NCBI RefSeq assembly: GCF_963921235.1
Contig: NC_086108.1
Coordinates: 98,768,001 to 98,832,000 of the forward strand
Source of the DNA: Mobula hypostoma
Lineage: Eukaryota
Length of the DNA: 64,000 bases
Direction of reading: 5' to 3'
Shown: piece after piece, positions 50,862 to 62,511 of the stretch
Layout of the letters: the number at the start of each line of letters is the position of its first letter
Numbering within the stretch: the first letter of the stretch is position 1
Notes under the pieces: generated by a model
Database searches by the model: none
Told to the model about the DNA's origin: nothing
The model's input: the letters and a program-made list of their open reading frames with translations, nothing else
Made by a program: the position numbers and the translations under genes

Positions 50862-51535
50862 AGTATGGCTATGCACTTTGGTAGAAGGAATAAAGATGTA
50901 CACTATTTTCTAATGGGGTAAATTCAAAATTCAGAAGTGCAAAGGACCTAGCAGCCCTATTGCAGAATTCCCTGAAGGTCAACTTGCAGATTGAGTCAGT
51001 AGTAAGGAAGCTAAATGCTAGGTTAGCATTCATTTCATATAAAAGCAAGGCTATAATGCTGAGGCTTTATAAGGTATTGGTCAAACCACACTTGGGAGTA
51101 TCGTAAGCAGTTTAGGGCCCCTTATCTGAAGAATGTGCTGGCATTGAAAAATCCAGAGGAGGCTCATGAGAATGATTCTGGGAACAAAAGGGTTAACAGA
51201 TAAGGAGCGTTTGATGTCTCTGGGCCCGAACTCCCTGGAATTTAGAAGAACAAAGGGGGATGCCATTGAAATCTAACAAATGCGTAGCAGACATGGAGGA
51301 GTCTAGGACCAGAGGGCACATCCTCAGAATAGAGGGATAGCCATCTAGAAATGAAATAAAGATGAATTTATTTAGCCAGAAGGTGGTGACTCTGTAGAAT
51401 TCATTGCCACAGAAGTCTGTGCAGGTCAAATCATTGGGTATATTTAAAGTGGAGGTTAATAGGTTCTTGTTTAGTAAGGGCATCAAAGGAGAAGACAGGA
51501 AAACAAGGTTGAAAGGGATAATAAATCAGCCAAGG
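50862..51535 (+). mobile_element. Old CR1 3' fragment
   Basis: MHFGRRNK..LKVNLQIESVVRKLN motifs, CR1 tail. Confidence 0.8.
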
Positions 51536-51944
51536 TTTGGTTATCTTTGATCAGAAACTTAAAATTAAACATAGATCAAAGATCTTGTGGCAAGTGACTT
51601 ACAATGCACAAACTCAGGTGTCAGAATACTGTTGACAAACCTGACCAAGTGAAGCTTAAAGCATATTGAAGAAGCTCAGTGTCATCCTAGACAATGGAGC
51701 CTTTATGCCCAGAACATTCACTGTTCAAATTACTGACAAACTATTGCTGCAATACCAACCACACTACCACTGCAAGAACTCTCCTTAGCATCTTTCATAG
51801 TATCTCCAGCAATCATTAGAGTTCACAAATTCCCCTCACAGTCACACACTTCATCCTGTTGAAGGTCTTCAGGATAGGGTCCTGTTTGAAGAAAGCTTTG
51901 CTGGATCAGGAAGGATATCATATACTGGACGTGGATGGTTAAGG

Positions 51945-53000
51945 TCAGGAAGTTGTGGGCAAACGGAACAGAATTAGGCTGCTTAGCTCATCAAGTCTGC
52001 TCTGCCATTCAATCACGGGCTGGCTGATCCTTTTTTTCCCCCCTTCAGCCCCACTCCCCAGCCTTCTACCCATAACCTTTGATGCTATGGCCATCAAGAA
52101 TTTTACCAATTTCCGCCTTAAATACACCCAACAACCTGGCTTCCACAGCTGCTTGTGGTAATAAATCCCGAGCCACCACCCTCCGGCTAAATAAATTTCT
52201 CCACATTTCTGTTTTAAATGGACTCCCCTCTATCTTGAGGCTGTGCCCTCTTGTCCTAGAATTGCCCATCATGGCAAACTTCCTTTCCACATCTACTCTG
52301 TCCAGGCCTTAGAACATTCTTGAGATCCCCCCTCATCCTTCTAAATTCCAGTGAGTACAGACCCAGAGCCATCAAACGTTCCTCATGAAAACCCTTTCCT
52401 ACCCAGAATCATCCTTGTGAATCTCCTCTGAATTCTCCCAACGCCAGCACATCTTTTCTTAGAAAAGGAGCCGAAAACTGATCACAATACTCGAGGTAAG
52501 GCCTCACCAGTGCCTTATCAAGCCTCAGCATCACTTTTGAAGAGGCGGTCACACCCAGGATACAGGTTTTGGACAGTAGATGGGTGACCACCAGGAGTAT
52601 TAAGAGGATTACGGAGTTATTGCCACAGGGGAACCCAGCAATAACTCCTTAATCCCCTTACCACCTCTTCAAAAATCTCATCTATAATATATTCAGTTTC
52701 TCCAATAATCCCGAGTACATCCAACTCCAGCTCCAACTCCTTGCCCTGGTCAGTCAGGCGCCGAAGTTGGGTGCACTTCCTGCAGATATAGTCATCAAGG
52801 AAACTGTCAGGTATCCTGAATTCCCAGATCTGACAGTAGGAGCATTCCATCCTGACTACTCTGCCCATGCATGTCAAAAGATTAAGCCAAAGCCTTCACA
52901 CTATCACTGGCACACTCAAATAATGGCTGCTCCGCTCGAACCTACCCGTCTTTTATTTGCACCTGAGGTTAGGCTGACACTTCCACTCCTGCACAGCCCA
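51945..53000 (-). mobile_element. Internally deleted CR1: ORF1 N-terminus (zinc finger and coiled coil) fused to the 3' end
   Basis: ORF 52617..52877 CSYCQIWE..YICRKC..ELELELDVL; 52409..52591 LVRPYLEYC; tail. Confidence 0.8.
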
Positions 53001-54740
53001 TAAAAACCGGCCTTGCCCGAATCACTCCTTTTATCCTCCTCTCTCAACTTCCATATTCCCGAATTCTTCATTCACATATTGTATTAGTGAAATAGAAACT
53101 ATTGTGCACAGAAGCAAAATACTCAATGTAGAGGGACATATGTATATTTTGAAAGTATGGGAAATAACATTTCAAATCATTTAAAGGTAACTGATTCCAC
53201 TTTGCAAGAATGGCTTAAAAGATTCTTTCATAAACTAAATTCTAAATTAAAGCAGGTCAGGCAGCATCCGTGGCAGGCAAAACAAGATGTTCAAACTGAT
53301 AACCTTTTATCAGATATTTCCAGTACTGTTTATTTCTAGTTTCTGTTTGCATTGTTTTGATTTTGGATGTTATTCAACTCACTCATGTATAGTTGAATGA
53401 GTTCTACTAGACTGATCACATTCAAAATTCCTGTCAGGATTCACGATCAGACCTCATGCCAATCCACCAGGCCCAATTCAAGTTTACGCAGAGAATTTGT
53501 TCACATTGTCCTTCACATGTAGTTCTAAATGAATTGTGAGGATCCAGGATAAAGTAAAAGTAACAGATATGTTGCACCGAGCTTCCACTGCACAATCCAA
53601 CACCTCTCAACTATCAGTCTTTTCAGAGGTAGATGGGCTGCAGTCATGAATGAATAGTTCTGGAGGAAGGAAAATGGCTGGATGTGAAGATTTTCCAATG
53701 GATTGGAAGATTATTAGGCAGAAGTCTATGATAGAGTAATGAACACGTAAGGACAAGGCAACATCTTCAAGGGAGGTGGACAGTTGGTTTGACCATGACT
53801 GTCAAAAAAAAATAATAAAAGTGGGTAGGAGGAATCTTAGATGGAATGATGTGGGAAGGTAAACCTGATGACAGGGAACAGAAGTGAAGTAAGAAGGGAC
53901 AAGCAAGGCTTTATAGTTTATCATGATAGGTTAGCATTGCATGAAATACAATTGCAATGCTAACCTGTGCACATTCACAGCTTCACAGTGAGGCAATAGT
54001 GGAAAGAGCCACAAATGTTTTAAGACCAGAAGATTATAGCCAAATTATAGCCAGCAGAATTAAGCCATTAGGCCCATTGAGTGTGCCTTCTATATTCCTC
54101 CAATTCTATTCTCATATTCACAAGTCAAGCATTTCAAAAATTATGAAGGATGTTCACCAAGTTGACAGGGGGGACTTCTTGTACGAGTTCAAAACTACTG
54201 GCCATTAACACAGCAGAAAATATCAATAAAGTCAGTGATGGAGAAACATAACCTGATTGCAAGTAAAATGTGGAATCCGCTATTACATGCTGGGAAGCAT
54301 GTAAGTGGGAGAAATAGAAAATATGCATATCAAGTCAAAAGAAATAGAGATTTGAGAGATGCATAGATATATATGCAGGTGTAAATGAATTGTTTCTGTG
54401 CTGAAGTGCTTCCTCAAAATTATTTCCCACAAAGTAACCTATGGAAAATTGAGGACTGGAGACACATGGAACACCTCTACCTTAATTCAATGCAGTTAAT
54501 CCAGTTAGAAGCCTGTATAGATGTTACAATGAGAAAACAATTCAGAAACTATTTTTAAGGTAAATGAATGTACTGTGTTGCTTGGATTAGGCTCTGTATC
54601 AAACATTCTTCCAGCAGCTGTGCAAAAAGATTGGAATGAGCGAAAGCAAGAGCTCTATATTTGTAATGTGAAGTTGCAATGACAGAATATCCATTGCCAA
54701 AAGCAAATTTAGAAATGAATTTTACTATTCCCAGAGTATC

Positions 54741-55155
54741 ATACACAAAATGCTGGAAAAACTTTTGGGTTTTGGCACATTGGCCTTCATAAATCTAAGT
54801 ACTGTGAGTTCGGGAGTTGGGATGTAATGTTGAAGTTGTATAAGACATTGGTGAGGCCTAATGTGAAGTATTGTGTCTAGTTCTGATCACCTAACTACAG
54901 GAAAGATGTCAGTAAGATTGAAAGAGTGCAGAGAAAATTTGGATAGGTACATGGATGGGAGGGGAATGGAGGTCTCTGGTCCCAATGCAGGTCAATGAGA
55001 TTAGACAGATTAATAGTTTGGCATGAAGTAGATGAGCTGAAGGGACTGCTTTTGTGCTGTAGTGTTCTACAACCTTATGAAATCAGCAGGCCAGGCATCA
55101 TCTACTGAGAGAAATAATGAGCTGATGTTTCGGGCCAAGATCCTTCATCAGGACT
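54741..55155. mobile_element. Penelope terminal repeat split by a CR1 3' fragment (about 54765-55078)
   Basis: cacaaaatgctggaaaaac..[CR1]..tcagcaggccaggcatcatct..ccttcatcaggact. Confidence 0.65.
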
Positions 55156-55431
55156 TTGTGTTTGGGTGCTATTCTCATTTATCACATCAGAGTCAGGCAG
55201 GAAATATGGAATAATTTTTAAAAACTCAGCTCAAGTAAAAAATTAATTACATTGCAGGTATACATAAAAGAGGACAAGGAAACAATTATGCCCTACTTAA
55301 AATGTTTAATTTTGTGCATTTATATGTAATGACTGCAAAACCCTTTTCAGTGTTTCTTAACTAAAGACTTTGTTGGGCACATGGCAATGTTAATGCATAG
55401 TAGTGTACCATTCCAAAACACATTTCATCAT

Positions 55432-55437
55432 TTTATT
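55432..55437 (-). promoter_or_regulatory. PKN2: Probable distal PKN2 polyadenylation signal
   Basis: AATAAA on minus (tttatt on +) followed by GT-rich TGTGTTTTGG; a second AATAAA lies at 55772-55777. Confidence 0.5.
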
Positions 55438-57174
55438 ACAAAGTGCTTAAACAGCCACTTTATAATGAATATATCATGTAAAATATTCTCAATAATTTGA
55501 AATCAGACTAAAACATTTGTTTAAAAAATGACAGAGATTAAATTTGTGCTTTTGAGCTCATCTCTGTACTTTCCCCCTGCCTTCTACATCATTAATGATT
55601 TAATTTTCTCTTTTTTAAAAAAGTTTCTTCTCTCTATACACTTTGGAAACAGACCTTCTCTAGCTGTTTACTTTTAAAAAAACTATTTAAAACTTTCATT
55701 AATTAATCTTGCTTATTTACATGTACTGTTCTTTCTAAAAATGTACATTTGCTGTTCCAAATATTGCAGTGTTTATTGCTAATGTCACTTTCTTGTAACA
55801 AAAAGGACAGGATAAAGAATGGAAAAACAGTAGCTTATGTTTAAACTGTGTCTGTAAATTGTGCAGTTTTTGATATAGATTCTGCTGTTTGCAGGAAAGC
55901 CTTTCCTTAAACTGAAAATAACCAAATTGCTATCAATGGCATGTAGAGCTCTGTTGAGTCTTTGCATTATCTATGCTTTATAATGGTCCATCACTTAGAA
56001 GTCATACTGACCAGCTATTATTCAGAACATGGTTTTACATGTCCACTATGTACTAAATGTGAACACTATAAAAATCTGTGTGAACATAAAACTAGCATAC
56101 AATATCAGACATACACGGACAGCATGTATACATTTCCATAAGAACTTAGAAGCTGAGAGTACTGTTGTCATGTACAGCAGATAACAAGAAATGATCCACT
56201 GGCTAAATGTTACACAAACTATAAAAAAAATTTGCATTCTTTGATCGTGGTAAATCATAAGTAATAATCTGGGTTATTGGAAAGGTAAGTGTGAAAGGAA
56301 GCATGATCTCATCGATGGCCAGTTCTTCACACCTAAGGAGTAAGACTTACAAACATTAAAAATAAAACAAACTTTCTCTTCATGAAACTAATAGGCCGGT
56401 GCCCACCAAGTTACATACAGACCTAGGAGCATGGGGGTGGTGCTGCTGTTTGGCAAGTGGCTTTGGTAGGCTTTCAGTACCTGCAAAAAATTCCCTCTGG
56501 AAGCACTTAGTGCTCTCTCTCAAGGTTAAGGCATATTGCAATTCTACATAATAAATACAATTAAAATTTACAATATTAAGGTAAGGCATCAAATTCGCTT
56601 TTCTGTAATCTGGGACCCAAGTACTGTGCCAGGTAATCAGTTTGTTTAAAATGCACACGGTTTGGTCAAACACAGTAATTTTTGTTTTATCAGCAGTCAA
56701 GACAGAAGCTGCCTTAGGCCAGGTGAGATCATTCTGTAGTGTCATCAGCTGATAGCACCTCAAACTGCAGTGGTAACAGGGCAGAGAAAGTAGTTTTCAA
56801 CCCAGCCCAAGGAATGATTTTTTTTAACAACACCCTCTCCTATTTAAGGCAACTACCATTTATAAAGTGAACAGATCATAGTAAGAAGAGAGTTTCTGCA
56901 GTACAGTTACAAAGAACAGTGCAAGTCTACAATGGAATTTTCTGGCACTGGCCACACTGAGCACAAACTGATGTTCAGGAAAGGAGAACTTCCCTGGTGG
57001 TTGAAGAAGCAAGAGATCCAAAGTTGCTGCTCGCTGTTCTTTTAGAGAGCTTCAGTTGCATGAAACTGGAGGACTACAGATAGCACACACTGCCGTCTCA
57101 AACAGGGCTTTTCTCTGAGCTACTGTCAGCTATGAATTCACAGTTTTTACTCCTTGAAAGTTTGCCTTCTGCAG

Positions 57175-57393
<219 letters not shown>

Positions 57394-57612
57394 TTAATGG
57401 GAATGTTCAATAAAAATATCCACTACAGCGTTTTTGGTAAAGATACAACATGGAAAAATGGTTACTCTGTTCAAGTGAATTATAAAATGTATGCAACTCC
57501 ATCGGGCAGATGCGGCTCGTACTGGCTTGCGTATCACATTGATAACTGGGACACAGCATCCATGATCGAGCCCAATCAATGGATGGCCCCAATGCAACTC
57601 CCCAACCCTGAG

Positions 57613-59700
57613 CAACACACACACACACAACAATGGAGGAACTCAACAGGTCAGGCAGCACCTATAGAAATGAATAAACAGTTGACATTTTGGGCCAAGA
57701 TACTTCATCAGGACTGGATAGGAAGGTGGAAGAATCCATAAGAAGGTGGGGGAAGGGGGCAGGTGGAGGGAAAGTACAAGCTGAAAGGTGATAGGTGAAG
57801 CCAGGTGGGGGAGGGGGATTACGAAAGAAGCTGGGAACTGGAAAAGGTAAAGGGCAGGAGAAGAAGGAATCTGATAGGAGAGGAGAATAAACCATGGAAG
57901 AAAGAGGAGGAGGAGGGGCAGCAGGGGGAGGTGATAGGCATGAAGCAAAGTGTTAAGAGGGAGGCAAGAGTGGGGAATTGAAGGTGAGGGAAGGGAAGGA
58001 GGAGAAATTACAGGAAGTTGGAGAAATCGCCATTCTTGCCATCAGGTTGTAAGCTACCCAGATGGAATATGAGGTGCTGCCACTTGAACCTGAGTATGGC
58101 CTCATTGTGACAGTAGAGGTCATAGACCAACATGTCAGAAAGGGAATATGGCTTGAAATTAAAATGGTTAGCCAAGGGGAAATCCTGCTTGCTACAGGTG
58201 GAGTGGAAGTGCTCAACAAAGCGGTCCCCCAATCTCCGTCGGGTCTCAGCAGTGTAGAAAAGTCCGCACTGAGAGCAACAAATAGAGTCGTCAACCCCAA
58301 CAGATTCGTAGGTAACGTGTTGCCTCACCAGGAATGACTCCTTGGGGCCCCTGAACCAAGGTGAGGGAGAAGGTGAATGGGTACCTTCCACTTGTATTGA
58401 TAAGTGCCAGGAGGGAGATTAGTGGGGTGGGATGAATAGATAAAGAAATGACACAAGGGAATATTCTGTGGAAAAATGGAGGGGGAGGAGATAAAGATTT
58501 GTATGATAGTAGGGTCCTGTTGAAGATTGCAGAAGTTGGGAGAATGATGCTCTGGATGCGGGAACTCTTGAGGTCATCCTCATAGGTGAGGATAAGAGGA
58601 ACTCTATCCCTGCTAAGGCGGCGGGAAAATGGGGGTGATGGCAAATGTTCAGGAAATGGAAGAGATGTAGGTGAGGGCAGCATCAATGGTGGAAGAAGGG
58701 AAACCCCATTCTTTGGAGGAGGACGACGACATCTCTGATGCCCTGGCAAAGAAAGCCTCATCCTGGGAACAGATCTGGTGGAGATGAAGGAACTAAGAAA
58801 AGTGAAAGGCACTTTTACAGGAGGCAGAGTGGCCAGAGGTATTGTTAAAATAACTGTGGCAGTTGGTAGGTTTGTAGAAGACATAGGCAGACAGTTTTTC
58901 TCCCGAAATGAAGACAGAGATTGGGAAAGAGGACAGAGGTGTCAGAAAAGGACCAAGTGAATTTAAGGGCAGGGTGAAATTGGAGGGAAAGTTGATGAAA
59001 TTGATGGGGGCATCTATTGTATCTGGTGCTCCCGATGCGGCTTCCTCTACATTGATGAGATCTGACATAGACTGGATGACTGCTTTGTTGAATGCCTTCA
59101 CTCCATTTGCAAAAAACAGGATTTCCCAAAGGCCAACCATTTTAATTCCAATGCCCATTCCAACATGGTGGTTCATGGCCTCCTCTACTGCCACGATGAG
59201 GCCACTCTCAGGCTAGAGGAGCAAAACCTCAAATTCCATCTGGGTAGACTCCAACCTGATGGCATGAACATTGATTTCTCCAACTTCCAGTTATTTCTTC
59301 CTCTCCCCCTTTCCTCTTCTTCAATTCCCCACTCTGGACCTTTCTGACATATTGTTCTTACCACCCTATCACCTCCCCTGGTGTCCCTCCTCCTTCCCTT
59401 TCTCCCATGGTCCACACCCCTCTCCTATCAGATTCCATCTTTTCCAGCCCTTTACCTTTTCCACCTATTACTGCCAGCTTCTTTCTTTATCCATCCCCCA
59501 CTCACCCGGCAAGCCTGTGTTCCCCTCTCCCACCCCCAACCCACCATGTTCTTATTCTGGCTCCTTTCCCTTTTCCATTCCAATCCTGAAGAAGGGTCTT
59601 GGCCTGAAATGCAAGTTTATTCATTTCCATAGATGTTGCCTGACCTGATGAGTTCCTCCAGCACTTTAGTTGTGTTGCTCTGGACTTTCAGAATCTCTTG
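57613..59700. mobile_element. Large older fold-back Penelope-like element in the last intron of PKN2
   Basis: Minus: RT thumb and GIY-YIG (ORF 58008..58391 CCSQCGLFYTAETRRRLGDRFVEH); plus arm about 59013-59700 repeats the GIY-YIG and terminus. Confidence 0.88.
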
Positions 59701-60202
59701 TAACTCCCATACTCTTTTGTCTTGTTCAATGCCCCTAAACTGATTATAACTTTCAAAAGCTCCGTTCAGTATTCGTGCTTCACAACTTGATCCTAATAAG
59801 TACAGTCATAAAACTGCCACAGAGACCTTCAGGTGGCAAAACGTCTGTATTTCTATGCAGTAGTCAACACCTACAAGATAATCATGCCATCAACTCACCA
59901 CAGAATTGCTAGCATTTTCCAGCAAGTTTTAGATCTTTGAGGCAGATTTCTACATAGAAAGGCTGTTAAGAGGCTAAAGTGATTAGACAGAAGATCTAAC
60001 CAGCAGTATCAAGCTGCCATTGAACCCATGTCCATTCCTAGATCTTGTATATTTAAGACTACAATCTCCCATTACTTTAAATGTTTGGGTCCTTTGTATG
60101 ATATCCAATATTCATAGGTAGAGCAACCTTCCTGGGTTCTAACTTACATTTCCTAGCCACAGCAGAAATGCAGCCTGGAAGTGAATACTGGAAGTACTTG
60201 TA

Positions 60203-60741
60203 CACTCAGTGGCCACTTTATTAGGTACACCTGCTCGTTAATGCAAATATCTTATCAGCCAATTGTGTGACAGCAATTCAATGTGTAAAAGGATGCAGAC
60301 ATGGTAAAGATATTCAGTTGATGTTTAGACCAAATACCAGAATGGGGAAGAAATGTGATCTAAGTGAATTTGACTGTGGAATGATTGTTGGTGCCAGACA
60401 GGGTGGTTTGAGTATCTCAGAAACTACTGATCTCCTGGGATTTTCATGCAGAACAGTCTCTAGAGATTACATGGTGCAACGAAAAAACACAAATAAACAT
60501 CCAGTGAACAGGAGTTCTGTGGGCAAAAGCACCCTGTTAATGAGAGGTTAGAGGAGAATGGCCAGACTGGTTCAAGCTAACAGAAAGGTGACAGCAGCTC
60601 AAATAACCCCATATTACAACAGTGGTGTGCAGAAGAGCATCTCTGAATGCACAACACGTCAAACCTTGAAGTGAATTGGCCAGAATAGCAGAAGATCACA
60701 CTGGGTTACACTCCTGTACCTAATAAAGTGGCCACTGGGTG
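60203..60741 (+). mobile_element. Internally deleted Tc1/mariner element (MITE-like)
   Basis: 27-bp TIRs CACTCAGTGGCCACTTTATTAGGTACA (1 mismatch), TA on both sides; N-terminal HTH MGKKCDLSEFDCGMIVGARQGGLSISET; no DDE domain. Confidence 0.92.
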
Positions 60742-61332
60742 TACACAAAACACCTTAAACTGCTCTAATGGTACTTGGAGAAAATGTATAGGAATACTTG
60801 CATAACTGAGAAATTACAAAATCTTCCAGAGCATTTTTCATAATAGCAAAACTGGCATTAAACTTCGTATAACGTCAAGCAAATATCCTACACACGAGAA
60901 CTATGGGAAGGAAGGACGGCATCTAATTCAGGATTCACAATACAACAGAAGTATCACCTCAAATTTGCAGTAACAATAAAAGTCTAACTTCAATGTAGCT
61001 TTTTCATACTGATTAAAAGCCTGGGAACATAATCTGTTCTTTTGTCACTTCACCTAAATAGACTTTGGAAATGTTATTCAACTGTTTACCAAGTCTGTTG
61101 AAGCAGACAGTGGTGTGTTAACGTAACTTGTATTCTGATACAATTAAATCGTTTGTTCCCACAACCTTTGTTTTATATTCTGAGTGTTTGGCCAGTTATA
61201 ATCTAACCTAGAGTTTTGTCCTCTGATTCATCATAATAAACAATCACATAGTCCATACTTTTAGAATCACTTAGAGCCACATGAAACCACTGTACCCAGC
61301 CACTACCTCTGTTCCACTTTTAAATTGTATTT

Positions 61333-61532
61333 TGAGATACAGCACGGTAACAGGCCCTTATGGCCCAACAAGCCCGCCCTGCTCATGTGACCAACTAACC
61401 CACAAGTCTTCAGAATGCAGGAGGAAACCTACCAAAAGGAAATCCATGGAGAATGAAAAACACTTACCAGCAGTGTGAATTGAACCCTGATCGGTGGCAC
61501 TGTAACAGTATCATGCTCATGGCTACACTACT
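61333..61532 (-). mobile_element. tRNA-derived HE1/V-SINE-like SINE
   Basis: Minus: A-box-like TAGTGTAGCCATG, B box GGGTTCAATTC, V-domain-like GGTTTCCTCC, CR1-type tail. Confidence 0.65.
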
Positions 61533-61556
61533 TGTATATGCCACTTTCAAAGGTTA

Positions 61557-61673
<117 letters not shown>

Positions 61674-61974
61674 CTAAAAATGACAATAATGGTAATTAGT
61701 GTTTAAATAACCTATTTGCAGAGAGAGATCAATGGTGCAAATAAATTACTGTTCAACCTAATCATAAACAAACGATAACAAACTGGTTTTTGAAAATGGA
61801 CCTTTATCTGGATGGAATTATTGATCTCGAAATGAGATCAATACTATAAACACAATACTAATTTCAATACCCCTAAGGTACCACAGCCACAATAAATTTG
61901 CATTATTGCCCAGCAGCACTCAGATCCACTGTGATGAAGTGCTGTGATGAGAGGTTGATCATGGCTAGAATGAA

Positions 61975-62507
61975 CTTTTTCCTGAGCAAGGACCTAGACC
62001 TACAATTTGCCTACCACCACAACAGATCTGTAGTGGATGCAATCTCACTGACTGTCCACTGAGCTTTGGACCACCCGGACAACAGAAATACCTATGTCAG
62101 GCTCCTATTTATCATTACAGCTGAGCATTCAACACCATCATCCCCTCAGTTCTAATCAATAAGCTTCATAACCTGGACCTCTGTACCTTGCTATGGAAAT
62201 GGAGGCAGCATCCATCATTAGGAACTCTCACCACCCAGGAAAGGCCCTGTTCTCATTTCTATCATCAGGGAGAAGGTATAGGAACAGGAAGACACATGCT
62301 CAACATTTTAGGAACAGCTTCTTCCCCTTAGCCATCAGATTTCTGAACGGATAATGAACCCAAGAACAATACCTCACTATTCCTCTTTTGCATGAGCTAT
62401 TTCTTCATATTGTAACTTATCTTAATTTGTTATGTCTGTACAGTTACCAGAAAACAAATTTCCAAACTAATGTCAATGACAATATACCAGATTCTGATTC
62501 AGATTCA
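61975..62507 (+). mobile_element. Internally deleted Rex1/Babar LINE fragment
   Basis: LQFAYHHNRSVVDAI..TYVRLLFI..AFNTIIP; (GATTCT)n tail. Confidence 0.75.
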
Positions 62508-62511
62508 TTTA

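Noticed and set aside
61470..61532. tRNA gene
   Set aside because: The A/B boxes belong to a SINE head joined to a V-domain-like body and CR1 tail; no full cloverleaf
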